From: Candidatus Atabeyarchaeum deiterrae
GTDB taxonomy: Archaea; Asgardarchaeota; Atabeyarchaeia; Atabeyarchaeales; Atabeyarchaeaceae
Direction: 5' to 3'
Length of the DNA: 64,000 bases
Assembly: GCA_037310415.1 (NCBI GenBank)
Contig: CP147780.1
Span: 1,792,001-1,856,000 of the forward strand
A program made the translations under genes and the position numbers. How positions within the stretch are numbered: position 1 is the stretch's first letter; each line of letters starts with the position of its first letter. The notes beneath the pieces are model-generated. The model saw only the letters and a program-made list of their open reading frames with translations, was not told the origin of the DNA and searched no databases. This document shows, piece by piece, positions 30,980 through 40,843 of the stretch.

Positions 30980-31945
30980 ATGGAAATCAAAGAGATTAAT
31001 TTGAGAGAGTTGAATCCAAGGAGATTCATTGAGGAGAAACTACAGGAGATCCAAGCATCTGTCGTTGATGGAGTAGCTGTCAATGCATTGTCTGGAGGAG
31101 TAGATTCTTCGACAGTGACCATGCTAGGCCACAGAGCACTTGGGGATCGGCTGAAAACAGTCTTCATTGAAAACGGGTTGATGCGCGAAGGCGAGCCCAA
31201 TCAAGTGATCTGCACATTTGAGGAAATGGGCGTGAAGGTCGAACTGATCAATGCAAAGGATCAGTTCTTCGCCGCGCTCAAGGGAGTAACGGACCCAGAA
31301 GAGAAGAGAGAGGCAATTACACAGACATTCTACAAAGAAGTGTTTGGCAAGATCGTTAGGGAAAGCGGAGCCAAGTTTCTACTTCAAGGAACCAACTACA
31401 CGGATGTTGAAGAAACCGTTGCAAAGATCAAGAGACAACACAATGTCCTAGAACAACTTGGAATTGACACGCAAGAACAGTTCGGGTACAAAGTGATTGA
31501 ACCCATAATTCAACTTAGAAAAGATGCTGTGAGAGTTGTAGCAAAGAAGCTTGGACTACCAATGGAAATATGGAGCAGAATGCCCTTCCCAGGACCAGCT
31601 CTAGCTGCAAGAGTGATTGGCGAAGTCACGCCAGAAAGAATCGAGATCGTGAGAAAAGCCACAGCAATCGTCGAACAGGAACTTGCAAAAGTAGATGCGT
31701 TCCAGTACTTTGCCATCTTGCACGAGGATAAAGTTACTGGAATGAGAGATGGCAAGAGAGATTTCGGGTACCAGATCGAAGTGAGATGTTGGGATAGTGT
31801 CGACGCGACCTCTGCAACTCCGACCAATCTTCCATACAAGGTTCTGGAGAAACTTGCTGACAGAATGACAGGTGAGGTTCCTGGAGTTGTGAGCATGACT
31901 TACAATATGGCTAGAAAGCCCCCCTCAACGATGGAAGCAGTCTGA
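30980..31945 (+). CDS. guaAB: GMP synthase subunit B (ATP pyrophosphatase)
   Basis: ALSGGVDSS, DPEEKR, HNV, PFPGPALA and RKPPSTME. No glutaminase domain (archaeal split form). Confidence 0.9.
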   Translation: MEIKEINLRELNPRRFIEEKLQEIQASVVDGVAVNALSGGVDSSTVTMLGHRALGDRLKTVFIENGLMREGEPNQVICTFEEMGVKVELINAKDQFFAALKGVTDPEEKREAITQTFYKEVFGKIVRESGAKFLLQGTNYTDVEETVAKIKRQHNVLEQLGIDTQEQFGYKVIEPIIQLRKDAVRVVAKKLGLPMEIWSRMPFPGPALAARVIGEVTPERIEIVRKATAIVEQELAKVDAFQYFAILHEDKVTGMRDGKRDFGYQIEVRCWDSVDATSATPTNLPYKVLEKLADRMTGEVPGVVSMTYNMARKPPSTMEAV

Positions 31946-32041
31946 ACGGCGAAATGATAAGAGCTTGGCAATTGACTGTAGTGGACGCGATGTCACGCGT
32001 CGCTGAGCTTCTTTTTTTGGGACCTCGGCCAGAATCTATTC

Positions 32042-32602
32042 TTATTCACCCTTGTAACCATTGATGTAGGCGAACTTCTCGAAGGGTAGCCTCTCGGGTC
32101 TTTGCTTCTCACTTAACTTCTGTTTCTCTGAGAGAACTGGGCTTATTGCCTGCGAGCGCTTACCTATGTTGATGAGGGTAATCAGTATCATGTCGTTAGG
32201 AATGCCGAGTATTGCTTTCACCTTGTCTTCAGCGTATCCAGCAACAGGATGCGCAACGAGCCCCAGTTCAGTTGCTCTGAGAATGAGGAACGCTGCAGCC
32301 ATGCCTGTGTCAAACAGGTAGTATATCCTCTCTCCGAAGACGCAGTCAAGTTCTTTCTTGCTGAATACTGCAATAATCATCGATGATGCTCTCATCCATT
32401 CATTTCCCTTGGAAAAGGTTGAATGCAACTTCTTCAAGATTTCAGGGTCGTAGACAAAGATGTACCTCCAAGGCTGGAAATTGTTACACGAAGGCGTCAG
32501 CTGAGCGCACTCTGCTAAGTCTTTGATCAGGTCTTCAGTTATCTCTACCTGGCCGAGGGAGCGATAAGCTCTTCTTTCAAGCATTGCCTGCTTTACATTC
32601 AT
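32042..32602 (-). CDS. Nitroreductase family protein
   Basis: RRAYRS, PSCNNFQPW and DTGMA...LGL motifs. Confidence 0.9.
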   Translation of the reverse strand: MNVKQAMLERRAYRSLGQVEITEDLIKDLAECAQLTPSCNNFQPWRYIFVYDPEILKKLHSTFSKGNEWMRASSMIIAVFSKKELDCVFGERIYYLFDTGMAAAFLILRATELGLVAHPVAGYAEDKVKAILGIPNDMILITLINIGKRSQAISPVLSEKQKLSEKQRPERLPFEKFAYINGYKGE

Positions 32603-32740
32603 AAGACCATCCACCTCTGAGTCTTGAAACCACATCCCAATATCATAGTTTTAGCGTTTTGTCAGACCTGAACCACAGATGAAAAGTCGCATGTCTCCTG
32701 TGAACTCGCATCATGGTCGACAGTAAGCAGTCGACGTTTC

Positions 32741-33328
32741 CTAGAGTTTGAAGACCCTTTTACCGTACTGATTGACTTTTACATTGTTACAGACAAACGA
32801 CTTTGAAGAAAGATCAATCAGCATTATCCCGATTTCTTTCTTCAAACGGTTTCTCACAAAGTCTATCGTCACAGTGTCGAATCCCTTCTCAGACACGTAA
32901 GCCAGCCACGACCACTTGATGCTATTCTTAGACATGTACTGCTCAGTCGAGGCGACCATTTTCTCTAGCTGTTGAACTGATGGGTTCTCTCCACCCCTGG
33001 GGGAGAAAACCACGGCAAGGGTCTCCCATGCCGGAACTGCTACACGTCCGATTCTGGACAGGAGGAAGCCCTTCACAGCCATATTCCCTCGGACGAGAAG
33101 ATCAGCTTTTGCCTCGCCAAGTCTAGCTTGTCTCAAAGAGGAGTACCAAGTGCTTAGCAATTTGCCCTTGCTGTAAATCCTCTTCTCGACTTTGTCCACG
33201 TATTCATCTATCTTCACGGACTCCACCAAGAATCGGGGTGACTGCCCTCCAACATTCAAGGAATATGAAGGTTTGTGGATATTATCTTTTGCCTTCGCCA
33301 GGTTGCCAAATGTGAAACTATGACTCAT
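32741..33328 (-). CDS. Hypothetical protein, possibly a degenerate restriction-endonuclease-like fold
   Basis: ADLLV...VSEKGFD pattern without a clear ExK. Confidence 0.45.
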   Translation of the reverse strand: MSHSFTFGNLAKAKDNIHKPSYSLNVGGQSPRFLVESVKIDEYVDKVEKRIYSKGKLLSTWYSSLRQARLGEAKADLLVRGNMAVKGFLLSRIGRVAVPAWETLAVVFSPRGGENPSVQQLEKMVASTEQYMSKNSIKWSWLAYVSEKGFDTVTIDFVRNRLKKEIGIMLIDLSSKSFVCNNVKVNQYGKRVFKL

Positions 33329-33355
33329 AGCTGAGACAAACAAGGAATAACACAG

Positions 33356-33372
33356 AAAAAAAAGGTGGGGTT
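33356..33372 (-). terminator. Oligo-T terminator after the APC permease
   Basis: T-tract on the minus strand shortly after the permease stop codon. Confidence 0.4.
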
Positions 33373-33387
33373 TGTGAGGCAAACCTT

Positions 33388-34977
33388 CTACTCTGGCGGG
33401 ATCGCACCGTAGATCTTACTTACATCAATGCCGCGTTTCTTATTTCTGCTCTTGTAGTAGAGGTAGATCGCCGCGCCCACGACGAACGTGATCAATGTCA
33501 GGGCAACTTCCAAGAACGGGTTGTACAGATAGCCAGCCATACTCACAAGTTCTTGGTTAAAGACGACGTAGAACACAAAGCCAATCGCGAACAGCCAGAA
33601 TATTATGCCAACGATCCCAAAGAAGTACAATGTGGCGGGTCCGCCCAGCTTCGCACCTTTCTCATATGCAGACTTGAACTTCTTTATGAAGAACAATGCA
33701 GCGATGCAGATGAAAAGATACGTGAAGGTGTCGATGATGGTTATGAAGAACAAAGAGAACAGCGGGCCAATCCCAGTTAGAATCACTCCAGGGATAGCCA
33801 AAGCGCAGCAAAGCACTATCGACCAAACTGGACTATGGAATCTCTCACTGACGTCAGCGAATTTTTCAGGGAACTCGCGGTCAAATGCCCAAGCGAAAGT
33901 TGATCTTGTTGCTATCGCCAAGAACGGCGGCAAGTCATTCAAGAGCCACAACGCCCCAGTAATTGCCACGAAAATCGCGACTATTGGTATTTGGAAGAAA
34001 TAGACCGCTGCAAACAATGGCAGAGTTGCGGGGGCGACACTTTTACCGTAGCCACCATTGCCGTATGCGTAGAGGAAGTTCGGTCCCACAGACAATGCCA
34101 GACCGCCAACATAGGCCACGAAGAACACTATTATCAAAAGCATTCCAATAACGTTAGATGTGATCATATTTCTCTTCGGGTTCTTGACTTCTCCTCCAAC
34201 GTATGATGCTGCGTAGAAAGCCGTGAAGGCAAAGATTACCCCCGGAAGCGCTGCAAGACTACCAATGAAAGATGGGGTGTATGTTGCCCCCGATGTCATT
34301 ATAGTGCCGTACGTTGCCGTCGATCCGAATACCGCATTCCAGAAACCTTGGAAGTCTCCTGCCGTATGCACCAGCAATCCGAAAATTGTAATGAGGCTTC
34401 CTATGACTGGAATTATGAAGAGCAACTGTACTACCCGACCCCAAATGTTGAAGCCCAGCACTGCGATCAAGGATATCAATATCACAAGTACGATAGCCAG
34501 AATCATCTGAACCAAGACATCGCCCAACAAGGTTCCTGCTGCCGTCAAGCCTGCGACGCCAGTTACTGCTCCCGCTATAGTGAAGCTGCTTCCCCAGAAG
34601 GATATATCCCACCACGCAAGAAGTCCTGTCGATAGAGCAATGGATACCCATGAGCCCCATGTAGTGAGGAACCCTGCTGCTGGGCTGACTGTCCTGCTTA
34701 TAATAACGTAGGGTCCGCCGGATCTAGGCATGGCGGATGACATTATGCCCAAGCATACTGCTGAACACAGGAATGGTATAGCAGCAAAGAGCACCATAAT
34801 CAAGGGATCCACTGTGTTGACGCTACCGGAATATCCGTATGATTGTACTGCGAAGCCGTTGATCCCTGCTCCTATGACTGCGCTCATAACCATTGCTATT
34901 GCCGTGAACCAGCCGATTTCTCGTACTAAGCCTGTTGCCTCTCTGGCGAATACTGTCTTACCCTTTCCCTTTGACAA
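33388..34977 (-). CDS. APC-family amino acid/polyamine permease
   Basis: FAREATGLVREIG, MPRSGG and GGEVKNP motifs, about 12 TM helices. Confidence 0.9.
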   Translation of the reverse strand: MSKGKGKTVFAREATGLVREIGWFTAIAMVMSAVIGAGINGFAVQSYGYSGSVNTVDPLIMVLFAAIPFLCSAVCLGIMSSAMPRSGGPYVIISRTVSPAAGFLTTWGSWVSIALSTGLLAWWDISFWGSSFTIAGAVTGVAGLTAAGTLLGDVLVQMILAIVLVILISLIAVLGFNIWGRVVQLLFIIPVIGSLITIFGLLVHTAGDFQGFWNAVFGSTATYGTIMTSGATYTPSFIGSLAALPGVIFAFTAFYAASYVGGEVKNPKRNMITSNVIGMLLIIVFFVAYVGGLALSVGPNFLYAYGNGGYGKSVAPATLPLFAAVYFFQIPIVAIFVAITGALWLLNDLPPFLAIATRSTFAWAFDREFPEKFADVSERFHSPVWSIVLCCALAIPGVILTGIGPLFSLFFITIIDTFTYLFICIAALFFIKKFKSAYEKGAKLGGPATLYFFGIVGIIFWLFAIGFVFYVVFNQELVSMAGYLYNPFLEVALTLITFVVGAAIYLYYKSRNKKRGIDVSKIYGAIPPE

Positions 34978-35075
34978 ACCCTCTTCTCCTCTTGTCTCTC
35001 CATTTCGGAGTGTTTACTAGGTCTGGTAGAAGATGAATATATAGTTTTACATCGAAGGGGTCGGAAAGGGTGATT

Positions 35076-35813
35076 CTACCTTCTGACTTCCTCCACGTCT
35101 TCGTACCATTTGACTTTTTCACCTACTCTGTCGCGCATTCGCCATCTCATTGACTTTGGCTCATCTTCCAGCCTCTTTGCAAAAGTCTTGATTCTAGTCT
35201 TGATTGTCCGCATATGCTCATCTTTAAGCGCGTAGTCATCGACGAATTTGGAAATCTTCTCAGCATTCGTCGTGAGCGTCTTGTAAAGTCCCCAGTCTTC
35301 GGAGCATAGCTTGGCAATGTAGCCAATGTCTATCATGTCGTTGTCCTTTTTCCCAAACTCATGGTCGTTAAGTATGGCTATGGTGTCTCGAATGTCCTTT
35401 TCATTGATTTTGACTATCTGAAGCTTAGTGATGAGAAGGTCTTCGAGCGGGACAGTATACTCATCAATTTCTATTCTATTCTTAAGGTCCAACTTGTGGC
35501 ACATCTCAAAGACATCAAGGAAGATGTCTATGTCGATCTTCTTCTTCGTGTCCCAGAACTGCAGCCTTTTCCTTCCGTGCAGGGCATTAAACCTCTTGTT
35601 AGGCTCAAAACCCATGTCGGTAAGTATGTTCTTTATGTCCCTGTCTTGTTTTGCGTGGCCGACGAGGTCTATGTCAGCGTAGGTTCGTGTCAAACTTCTA
35701 TGTTTTGCGCTGGGGCAGCGCATTCCTATTGCCACTCCACCTAAGGCTCTAAGAACAACATTGCGCTTCTGTGCCTCATCGATGATTTTCGTAGCCTGCT
35801 CGACAATGTCCAA
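35076..35813 (-). CDS. Pol-beta-superfamily nucleotidyltransferase
   Basis: LGGVA...R.YADIDL...IDIF...LLITKL. Confidence 0.8.
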   Translation of the reverse strand: MDIVEQATKIIDEAQKRNVVLRALGGVAIGMRCPSAKHRSLTRTYADIDLVGHAKQDRDIKNILTDMGFEPNKRFNALHGRKRLQFWDTKKKIDIDIFLDVFEMCHKLDLKNRIEIDEYTVPLEDLLITKLQIVKINEKDIRDTIAILNDHEFGKKDNDMIDIGYIAKLCSEDWGLYKTLTTNAEKISKFVDDYALKDEHMRTIKTRIKTFAKRLEDEPKSMRWRMRDRVGEKVKWYEDVEEVRR

Positions 35814-35894
35814 TTCAATTCACGTCCAGAAGCTTGTATTCATTTTCTGGGTACCTCATCGACTTGCAGTATTGAAACAACGCACCGCTCTGTT

Positions 35895-36839
35895 CTAGCC
35901 TTCGACTCTCCAGTATTTGGAGATCTTGTCTTTCTCTAAGTCGACAAGGAACCCTCTTAAGATTCCCTCTCCGTACTCTGACCCAGGATTGACGCATAGG
36001 GTTTTGCCGAGTTTCGCTACTCCAGCTGACTCGTGAACATGCCCATGAAGTCCGAGTTTGGGTTCGTATTTTCTGAGCAAGTCGTATACTGAGGTGCTGC
36101 CCACTGGAATCATGACCTGCTGTCCACCAGTTACGACTGGTTTGAGCGTCTTGTCTAGCTTTGGCGCGGTATCGAGGCTGGTTTTGAACGGCGGAGCATG
36201 AAGGTTTGCGATCAGGTGGCTATAATCATCTGTGAGTTTGAAGAGACGTTCAAAACGCTTCAGAAGCTTGGGTTCTGGTTCCTCCCTTGCAGTGTTCCAT
36301 GGAGTGGGGTTCACCCACCCAGAGGTGATCATGGAATGATACTTGTCTACGTCAACAAGTTTCTCCTCAGGGTTGATCACTTTTTTGCCTGAATCGAGTA
36401 TGGCATCGATCGCGAATCTGTCGTCATTACCAGGGGAAACGAATACCTTCACCTCTCCTTCGAGTTTCCTGTCAGCTATTTCCATCCATCTTTTCATTCC
36501 TTCGAGAATCAGTTTGTCGAAAAGCTTGTCGAGCTTGCTCTTGCTTTTTTCCAACTCTTCATACTCACTCTTGCCGCAGACATATGGGTAGTAGCCGGTG
36601 GTCATGATCTTCGCCTTCAGCTTTTCGACCTCTTCCTTTGATCTTAGGACCTCGTCCCTTCCAAATGCTCGGGCTTCATATGTACCGTTAGCCTCTTCAA
36701 CTATTGGGATGATGAGTTTGCCGGTAATGTCTCCCCCCATTATGGATACATCTGCTTTGTAGAATTTCGCAGCATTGAGAAACTTCTTCCAGCAGATCTC
36801 ACTCCCGTGAATATCTGACGTGAAATATAGTCGTGTCAA
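35895..36839 (-). CDS. Calcineurin-like metallophosphoesterase
   Basis: SDIHGS, GGDITGK, PGNDD, HAPP, HGHVHE and NPGS motifs. Confidence 0.9.
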   Translation of the reverse strand: MTRLYFTSDIHGSEICWKKFLNAAKFYKADVSIMGGDITGKLIIPIVEEANGTYEARAFGRDEVLRSKEEVEKLKAKIMTTGYYPYVCGKSEYEELEKSKSKLDKLFDKLILEGMKRWMEIADRKLEGEVKVFVSPGNDDRFAIDAILDSGKKVINPEEKLVDVDKYHSMITSGWVNPTPWNTAREEPEPKLLKRFERLFKLTDDYSHLIANLHAPPFKTSLDTAPKLDKTLKPVVTGGQQVMIPVGSTSVYDLLRKYEPKLGLHGHVHESAGVAKLGKTLCVNPGSEYGEGILRGFLVDLEKDKISKYWRVEG

Positions 36840-36981
36840 CCCAGCCTCTCCTCATGAAGCTTGACTTTATGAGGTATTTCAATCTTTGCTTTTCTTACTC
36901 GGCAGAGTTGGCCATGGGCTTGATGCCTCCACCTATGCGTACATTCAACAGCTGTACTTCATTCAAAAAGAAACGTATAAC

Positions 36982-37021
36982 AATGGCGCCTGGCGGAGAG
37001 TCTCAACAGCCGAGCGCCATT
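36982..37021. repeat. Intergenic inverted repeat / hairpin
   Basis: AATGGCGC...GCGCCATT arms with further internal pairing, followed by a T-rich tract on the minus strand. Probably a terminator for the RING gene. Confidence 0.5.
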
Positions 37022-37040
37022 TGAGTTGATCGATTATGGT

Positions 37041-37847
37041 TCAGAAGGATTCTTCGGTGATGTGTTTCTCGCAAATGGGACAACGGTCCTTGGTCTTGAG
37101 CCACTCTAAAATATGTTCTTTGTGTGCTGGATTTCCGCAGTGAGGACAGAATACGACGTCATCCGCTTTGCTGATTTCTAAGTTGCATACCATACATCTT
37201 TTCGCAAGGGCAGATCTTTCAGAGGCGATAGTCCTAGTGGCCATCGGTCCAACTTCGGTATATTCGGCTAGTCTTTGTGGTGAGAGTCTGCGGCCCCCTG
37301 CGGCCATGTTGCGAGCTACTATTGCCACTATCATCACTATGAATATGGCGACGGACGATAGCGGAAGAAAAACGACTAACATGAGACCTCCAGATCCCAT
37401 GAATCCACCCGAGAACATGGGACCAAGAAATACGAAGAGGAAGCCGAAGACGAAGATCATCGGGACTAACAGAAATGGCAGAACGATGAGTGGAGTCTTG
37501 TTGAATCCTCTTGTTGGAAGGATCTCGTTAGTTTCATCGCATTCCAATCTATCCACATCTACTGACTCAGGCACATTGTCACCTGTTTTCCACTTTCTGG
37601 CTCTACCCCAGATGGTGACTGTATTGCCTGGCATAACGCCAATGTTCTGCGCTCTCATGTCGATCAGACAGGTAACTGGCTTCCCACCAACTCTAACGGT
37701 CATAGCCCCCACCTGCTTAACCCAACTGCTCGCGCTGCCCTGCGCGCCGCTAACGCGGGTCTCAGGTGATATCCGGACTTCTACAACTATTCCGGTGAAT
37801 CTGACTAATAACGGGCGTGAAGCATTGTAGTTAGGATTGTAAGACAT
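37041..37847 (-). CDS. Membrane protein with C-terminal RING-type zinc finger (putative E3 ligase)
   Basis: Two TM helices, then CMVC-x12-CPHC-x4-HKEH...W...CPIC. Confidence 0.75.
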   Translation of the reverse strand: MSYNPNYNASRPLLVRFTGIVVEVRISPETRVSGAQGSASSWVKQVGAMTVRVGGKPVTCLIDMRAQNIGVMPGNTVTIWGRARKWKTGDNVPESVDVDRLECDETNEILPTRGFNKTPLIVLPFLLVPMIFVFGFLFVFLGPMFSGGFMGSGGLMLVVFLPLSSVAIFIVMIVAIVARNMAAGGRRLSPQRLAEYTEVGPMATRTIASERSALAKRCMVCNLEISKADDVVFCPHCGNPAHKEHILEWLKTKDRCPICEKHITEESF

Positions 37848-38126
37848 CGAGTTCCCTCAATTTTCTTGCGATTATTCACCTATTTCCTCTTTTGGGATAT
37901 TGATGAATATAAAATTTCTGATAGGCGTTGACGGAGGCACCTTTGAGTCCTAACGGCGGCATCAGATTGGTTTTTACTCAAGAACCACACGGAGCGAGAG
38001 GAATCAACTCGCTATTCGCTGATGAGAGTCAATGTGTTCGAATAGTCATTCTGGAGAAATAAAGCTACTCTTTTGTTACATCCTCAAGAGGGAGGCAATC
38101 GATGCCTCTGCATCCCAAGATCCATA

Positions 38127-39260
38127 TCAGAGCATCTTCTCATCAATCTTGACGTTCCTCCTTCTGAGCTCCTCAAGTACTCGCTGGGATACTCCCTCAT
38201 CTTGGCCGAGAATCTCCAAAGGCACCACACCTTTCTGCCCTACTTCCCCACCCGCGACGAGGAGTGAAAGAATTGCTATAGGGTAGCCTGTCGTGCGTGC
38301 CATCGAGGAGATATTACTCCTCTCGTCGAAACGGTCAAGGACCCGATACCTCACGGCTCCACTTTCTCCACTAACGTCGACCTGAAGAATCGTCAAGTCC
38401 TTTTCTCCCTTCCTCAGCTTCAGTGTGGAGGAAATGAAGGACTCCATGAAATCCCTAGGCTTCACTCCAAGGACGACCGGCTCACGCGCAAAGAGACCAA
38501 GATCAACCAGCGTTTTGATTTTTTCAACATGTCCAGGATACCTGATAGTTTTCTCATCCATGTCCTTGAGCTTCACAGTATTCACCAGTGTCCTCAACCC
38601 ATCAGTGTAGAAACACTCAAGCTTTCCAACGCCCGGAAACTCAAAGAGTTCCAAGCCTGATAGGGCCTCAACATCCACGATCTTTCCGTTCTTAACTATT
38701 CGGGCCTTCCTTGTGTATTCGTCAACGACTGCTTCGGCCGAGAAAACGAGTCTATAGTTCAAAGGCGGTTCTGGTTTCTGGGGCAGACCACCGACTTTTA
38801 TGCGTGCCTCCCTTGGATTCTTGACTTTGGTCAAACCAAGCCCTACAAGAAAGTTGCTGAGACCAGGGGCAACGCCGCAGTCCGGTACGATGATGATTCC
38901 TGCATGTTTTGCTTTTTCCGTGAGTGCTAAGGGGTTCTCCTCTCCGAATGACACGTCAACGAGGTCTACCCTCGCCTCTATTGCTGTCTCCATGACTCGG
39001 AAGCCTAGACTCCCAGGAACAGCGGAGGCGACAACATCGTATCCGCCTTTCATAACACTTGCAAGTGAATTCCTATCTGTGACATCCATCTTCTGATATT
39101 TGCACCCAGGAACGGTTCTGATTTCTCGATCTCCAATTACTACGTCTGCTCCGCTCCTGGCAAGCTCTTGAGCGAGAACAGAGCCAATCATTCCGGCACC
39201 AAGAACTAGGATTTTTGCCCCTTTGATCAACTCGAATCGCCCCGCTTGAATGTTTGTCAT
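38127..39260 (-). CDS. Saccharopine dehydrogenase / lysine 6-dehydrogenase family
   Basis: GAGMIG, DCGVAPGLSN, VGGLP, TDGLRTL, RYPGH and MARTTG motifs. Confidence 0.88.
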   Translation of the reverse strand: MTNIQAGRFELIKGAKILVLGAGMIGSVLAQELARSGADVVIGDREIRTVPGCKYQKMDVTDRNSLASVMKGGYDVVASAVPGSLGFRVMETAIEARVDLVDVSFGEENPLALTEKAKHAGIIIVPDCGVAPGLSNFLVGLGLTKVKNPREARIKVGGLPQKPEPPLNYRLVFSAEAVVDEYTRKARIVKNGKIVDVEALSGLELFEFPGVGKLECFYTDGLRTLVNTVKLKDMDEKTIRYPGHVEKIKTLVDLGLFAREPVVLGVKPRDFMESFISSTLKLRKGEKDLTILQVDVSGESGAVRYRVLDRFDERSNISSMARTTGYPIAILSLLVAGGEVGQKGVVPLEILGQDEGVSQRVLEELRRRNVKIDEKML

Positions 39261-39403
39261 CGAGCGCCATGGGTTGGCGTTGTTATATACTTTCTTCTGA
39301 TGACTGCAAATCGTGTACGCTAGAAGATCCTTTGGTTGGTTCAAGAACGAAGACAATGCTTTCGTTTATTGTTAAGCTCGGCATGGTAAACGCTGGGTTC
39401 GGT

Positions 39404-40318
39404 CTACTTGTGCTTGATGAAAGTCCCGTTCTCATACTCTTCGAAAGCTATCCTCAGTTCTTCTTCTGTGTTCATGACTATTGGGCCATACCACGCAACT
39501 GGTTCGCGAATCGGCTTCCCAGACATCAGAAGAAACCTTACCCCCTTGTCCCCCGCCGTGATTGCCAGTTGATCGCCATCTTCGTACATGACCAAGTTCT
39601 CTGCGCTGATGTCGGCACTGCGCTCAAAGTCAGAGTAACTGAGGCTCTCTATCCTCAAAGCATGGGGGTCTCTCCGCTGATCAAAGTACCCGTTCCCTTC
39701 TATCACATATGCGATCACCGTATGACCGCGCTTGACATTGCGTGAGAAACTGGCTTTTGCTGGGACCATGACATCCAAGTATTCAGGATCTGTAACAATA
39801 TCCCTGACTGGTCCCTTGACCCCGCCTGCCTCGCCACAAATGATCTTAACCTTGATACCATTGTCAAGAACAACCTGCGGGATCTGATCGCCCTTGACTT
39901 CCCTGTAGCGGGGATCCATCATCTTATGAGATGCCGGAAGATTCGCCCACAGCTGAAAACCCCACATCAACCCATCCTTTTGACCCTTAGGCATTTCCTG
40001 ATGAATAATACCGCTACCAGCGGTCATCCACTGCACATCGCCTGAACCAATGATTCCCTTATTACCCATACTATCCCCATGCTCGACTCGCCCATACAGA
40101 ACATATGTGATGGTTTCGATGCCTCTGTGAGGATGCCATGGAAATCCCTTTACATAGTCTCGCGAGTTTTTTGAATGGAAGTCGTCCAGCAGCAAGAATG
40201 GATCAGGTTGTGGGACGTGGAATGATCCGAATGCTCGCTTCAGGTGAACCCCAGCGCCCTCAATAGTAGCAGCGCTTCTCAGTATCCTCCTGATTTTTCT
40301 GACAATACTCATTGCCAT
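39404..40318 (-). CDS. Pirin family protein
   Basis: DPFLLLD, HPHRGIET, WMTAGSGIIHQE and QLWANLP. Confidence 0.95.
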   Translation of the reverse strand: MAMSIVRKIRRILRSAATIEGAGVHLKRAFGSFHVPQPDPFLLLDDFHSKNSRDYVKGFPWHPHRGIETITYVLYGRVEHGDSMGNKGIIGSGDVQWMTAGSGIIHQEMPKGQKDGLMWGFQLWANLPASHKMMDPRYREVKGDQIPQVVLDNGIKVKIICGEAGGVKGPVRDIVTDPEYLDVMVPAKASFSRNVKRGHTVIAYVIEGNGYFDQRRDPHALRIESLSYSDFERSADISAENLVMYEDGDQLAITAGDKGVRFLLMSGKPIREPVAWYGPIVMNTEEELRIAFEEYENGTFIKHK

Positions 40319-40491
40319 CGCCCACCTTCTGATTATATGGGATGCCGTATAAGAACTCCGTCGTAACCTTTGATTTTACAGAAGCAATACAAAGGATCTG
40401 CAAACGGGGTCGGCTTACCTTCTGGAGCAACTGCTGCAGGGCTCCAATGAGATCATGGCAAAGCCCCGCTAAAAACAAGAAGGTGTCTCAT

Positions 40492-40707
40492 CTATACAGC
40501 AGGTGCCATGAGGGAGAGTCTATCTTCTGTCATCTGAAGGACGGGTCTGAATTCCATGCACATAATAGCTTTCAGGGTTCCGGAGAACCTGCTGTGCGCT
40601 GCAAGCATCGGGCAGCTCTCTGAGTTTCCGCAATCGAGGCAGATTCCTTCGATTCTACACACTTCGATCACCCAGTCTTCCTCATTTTTGGTGTCCATAT
40701 TATTCAC
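40492..40707 (-). CDS. Small Cys-rich hypothetical protein
   Basis: CLDC...C...CMEF pattern. Confidence 0.45.
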   Translation of the reverse strand: MNNMDTKNEEDWVIEVCRIEGICLDCGNSESCPMLAAHSRFSGTLKAIMCMEFRPVLQMTEDRLSLMAPAV

Positions 40708-40843
40708 AAGACTGGCTCAAGTATTAGGGGAGACCGACGTAAAAGTGAATGTGAGATAGAGAAATTGCCAAAAGGTCAGAACTAAGAAAGGCAAACGCTC
40801 TATATTATCAGCCAGTCAGGGTACGCGTTCTACCAAGGATCCT

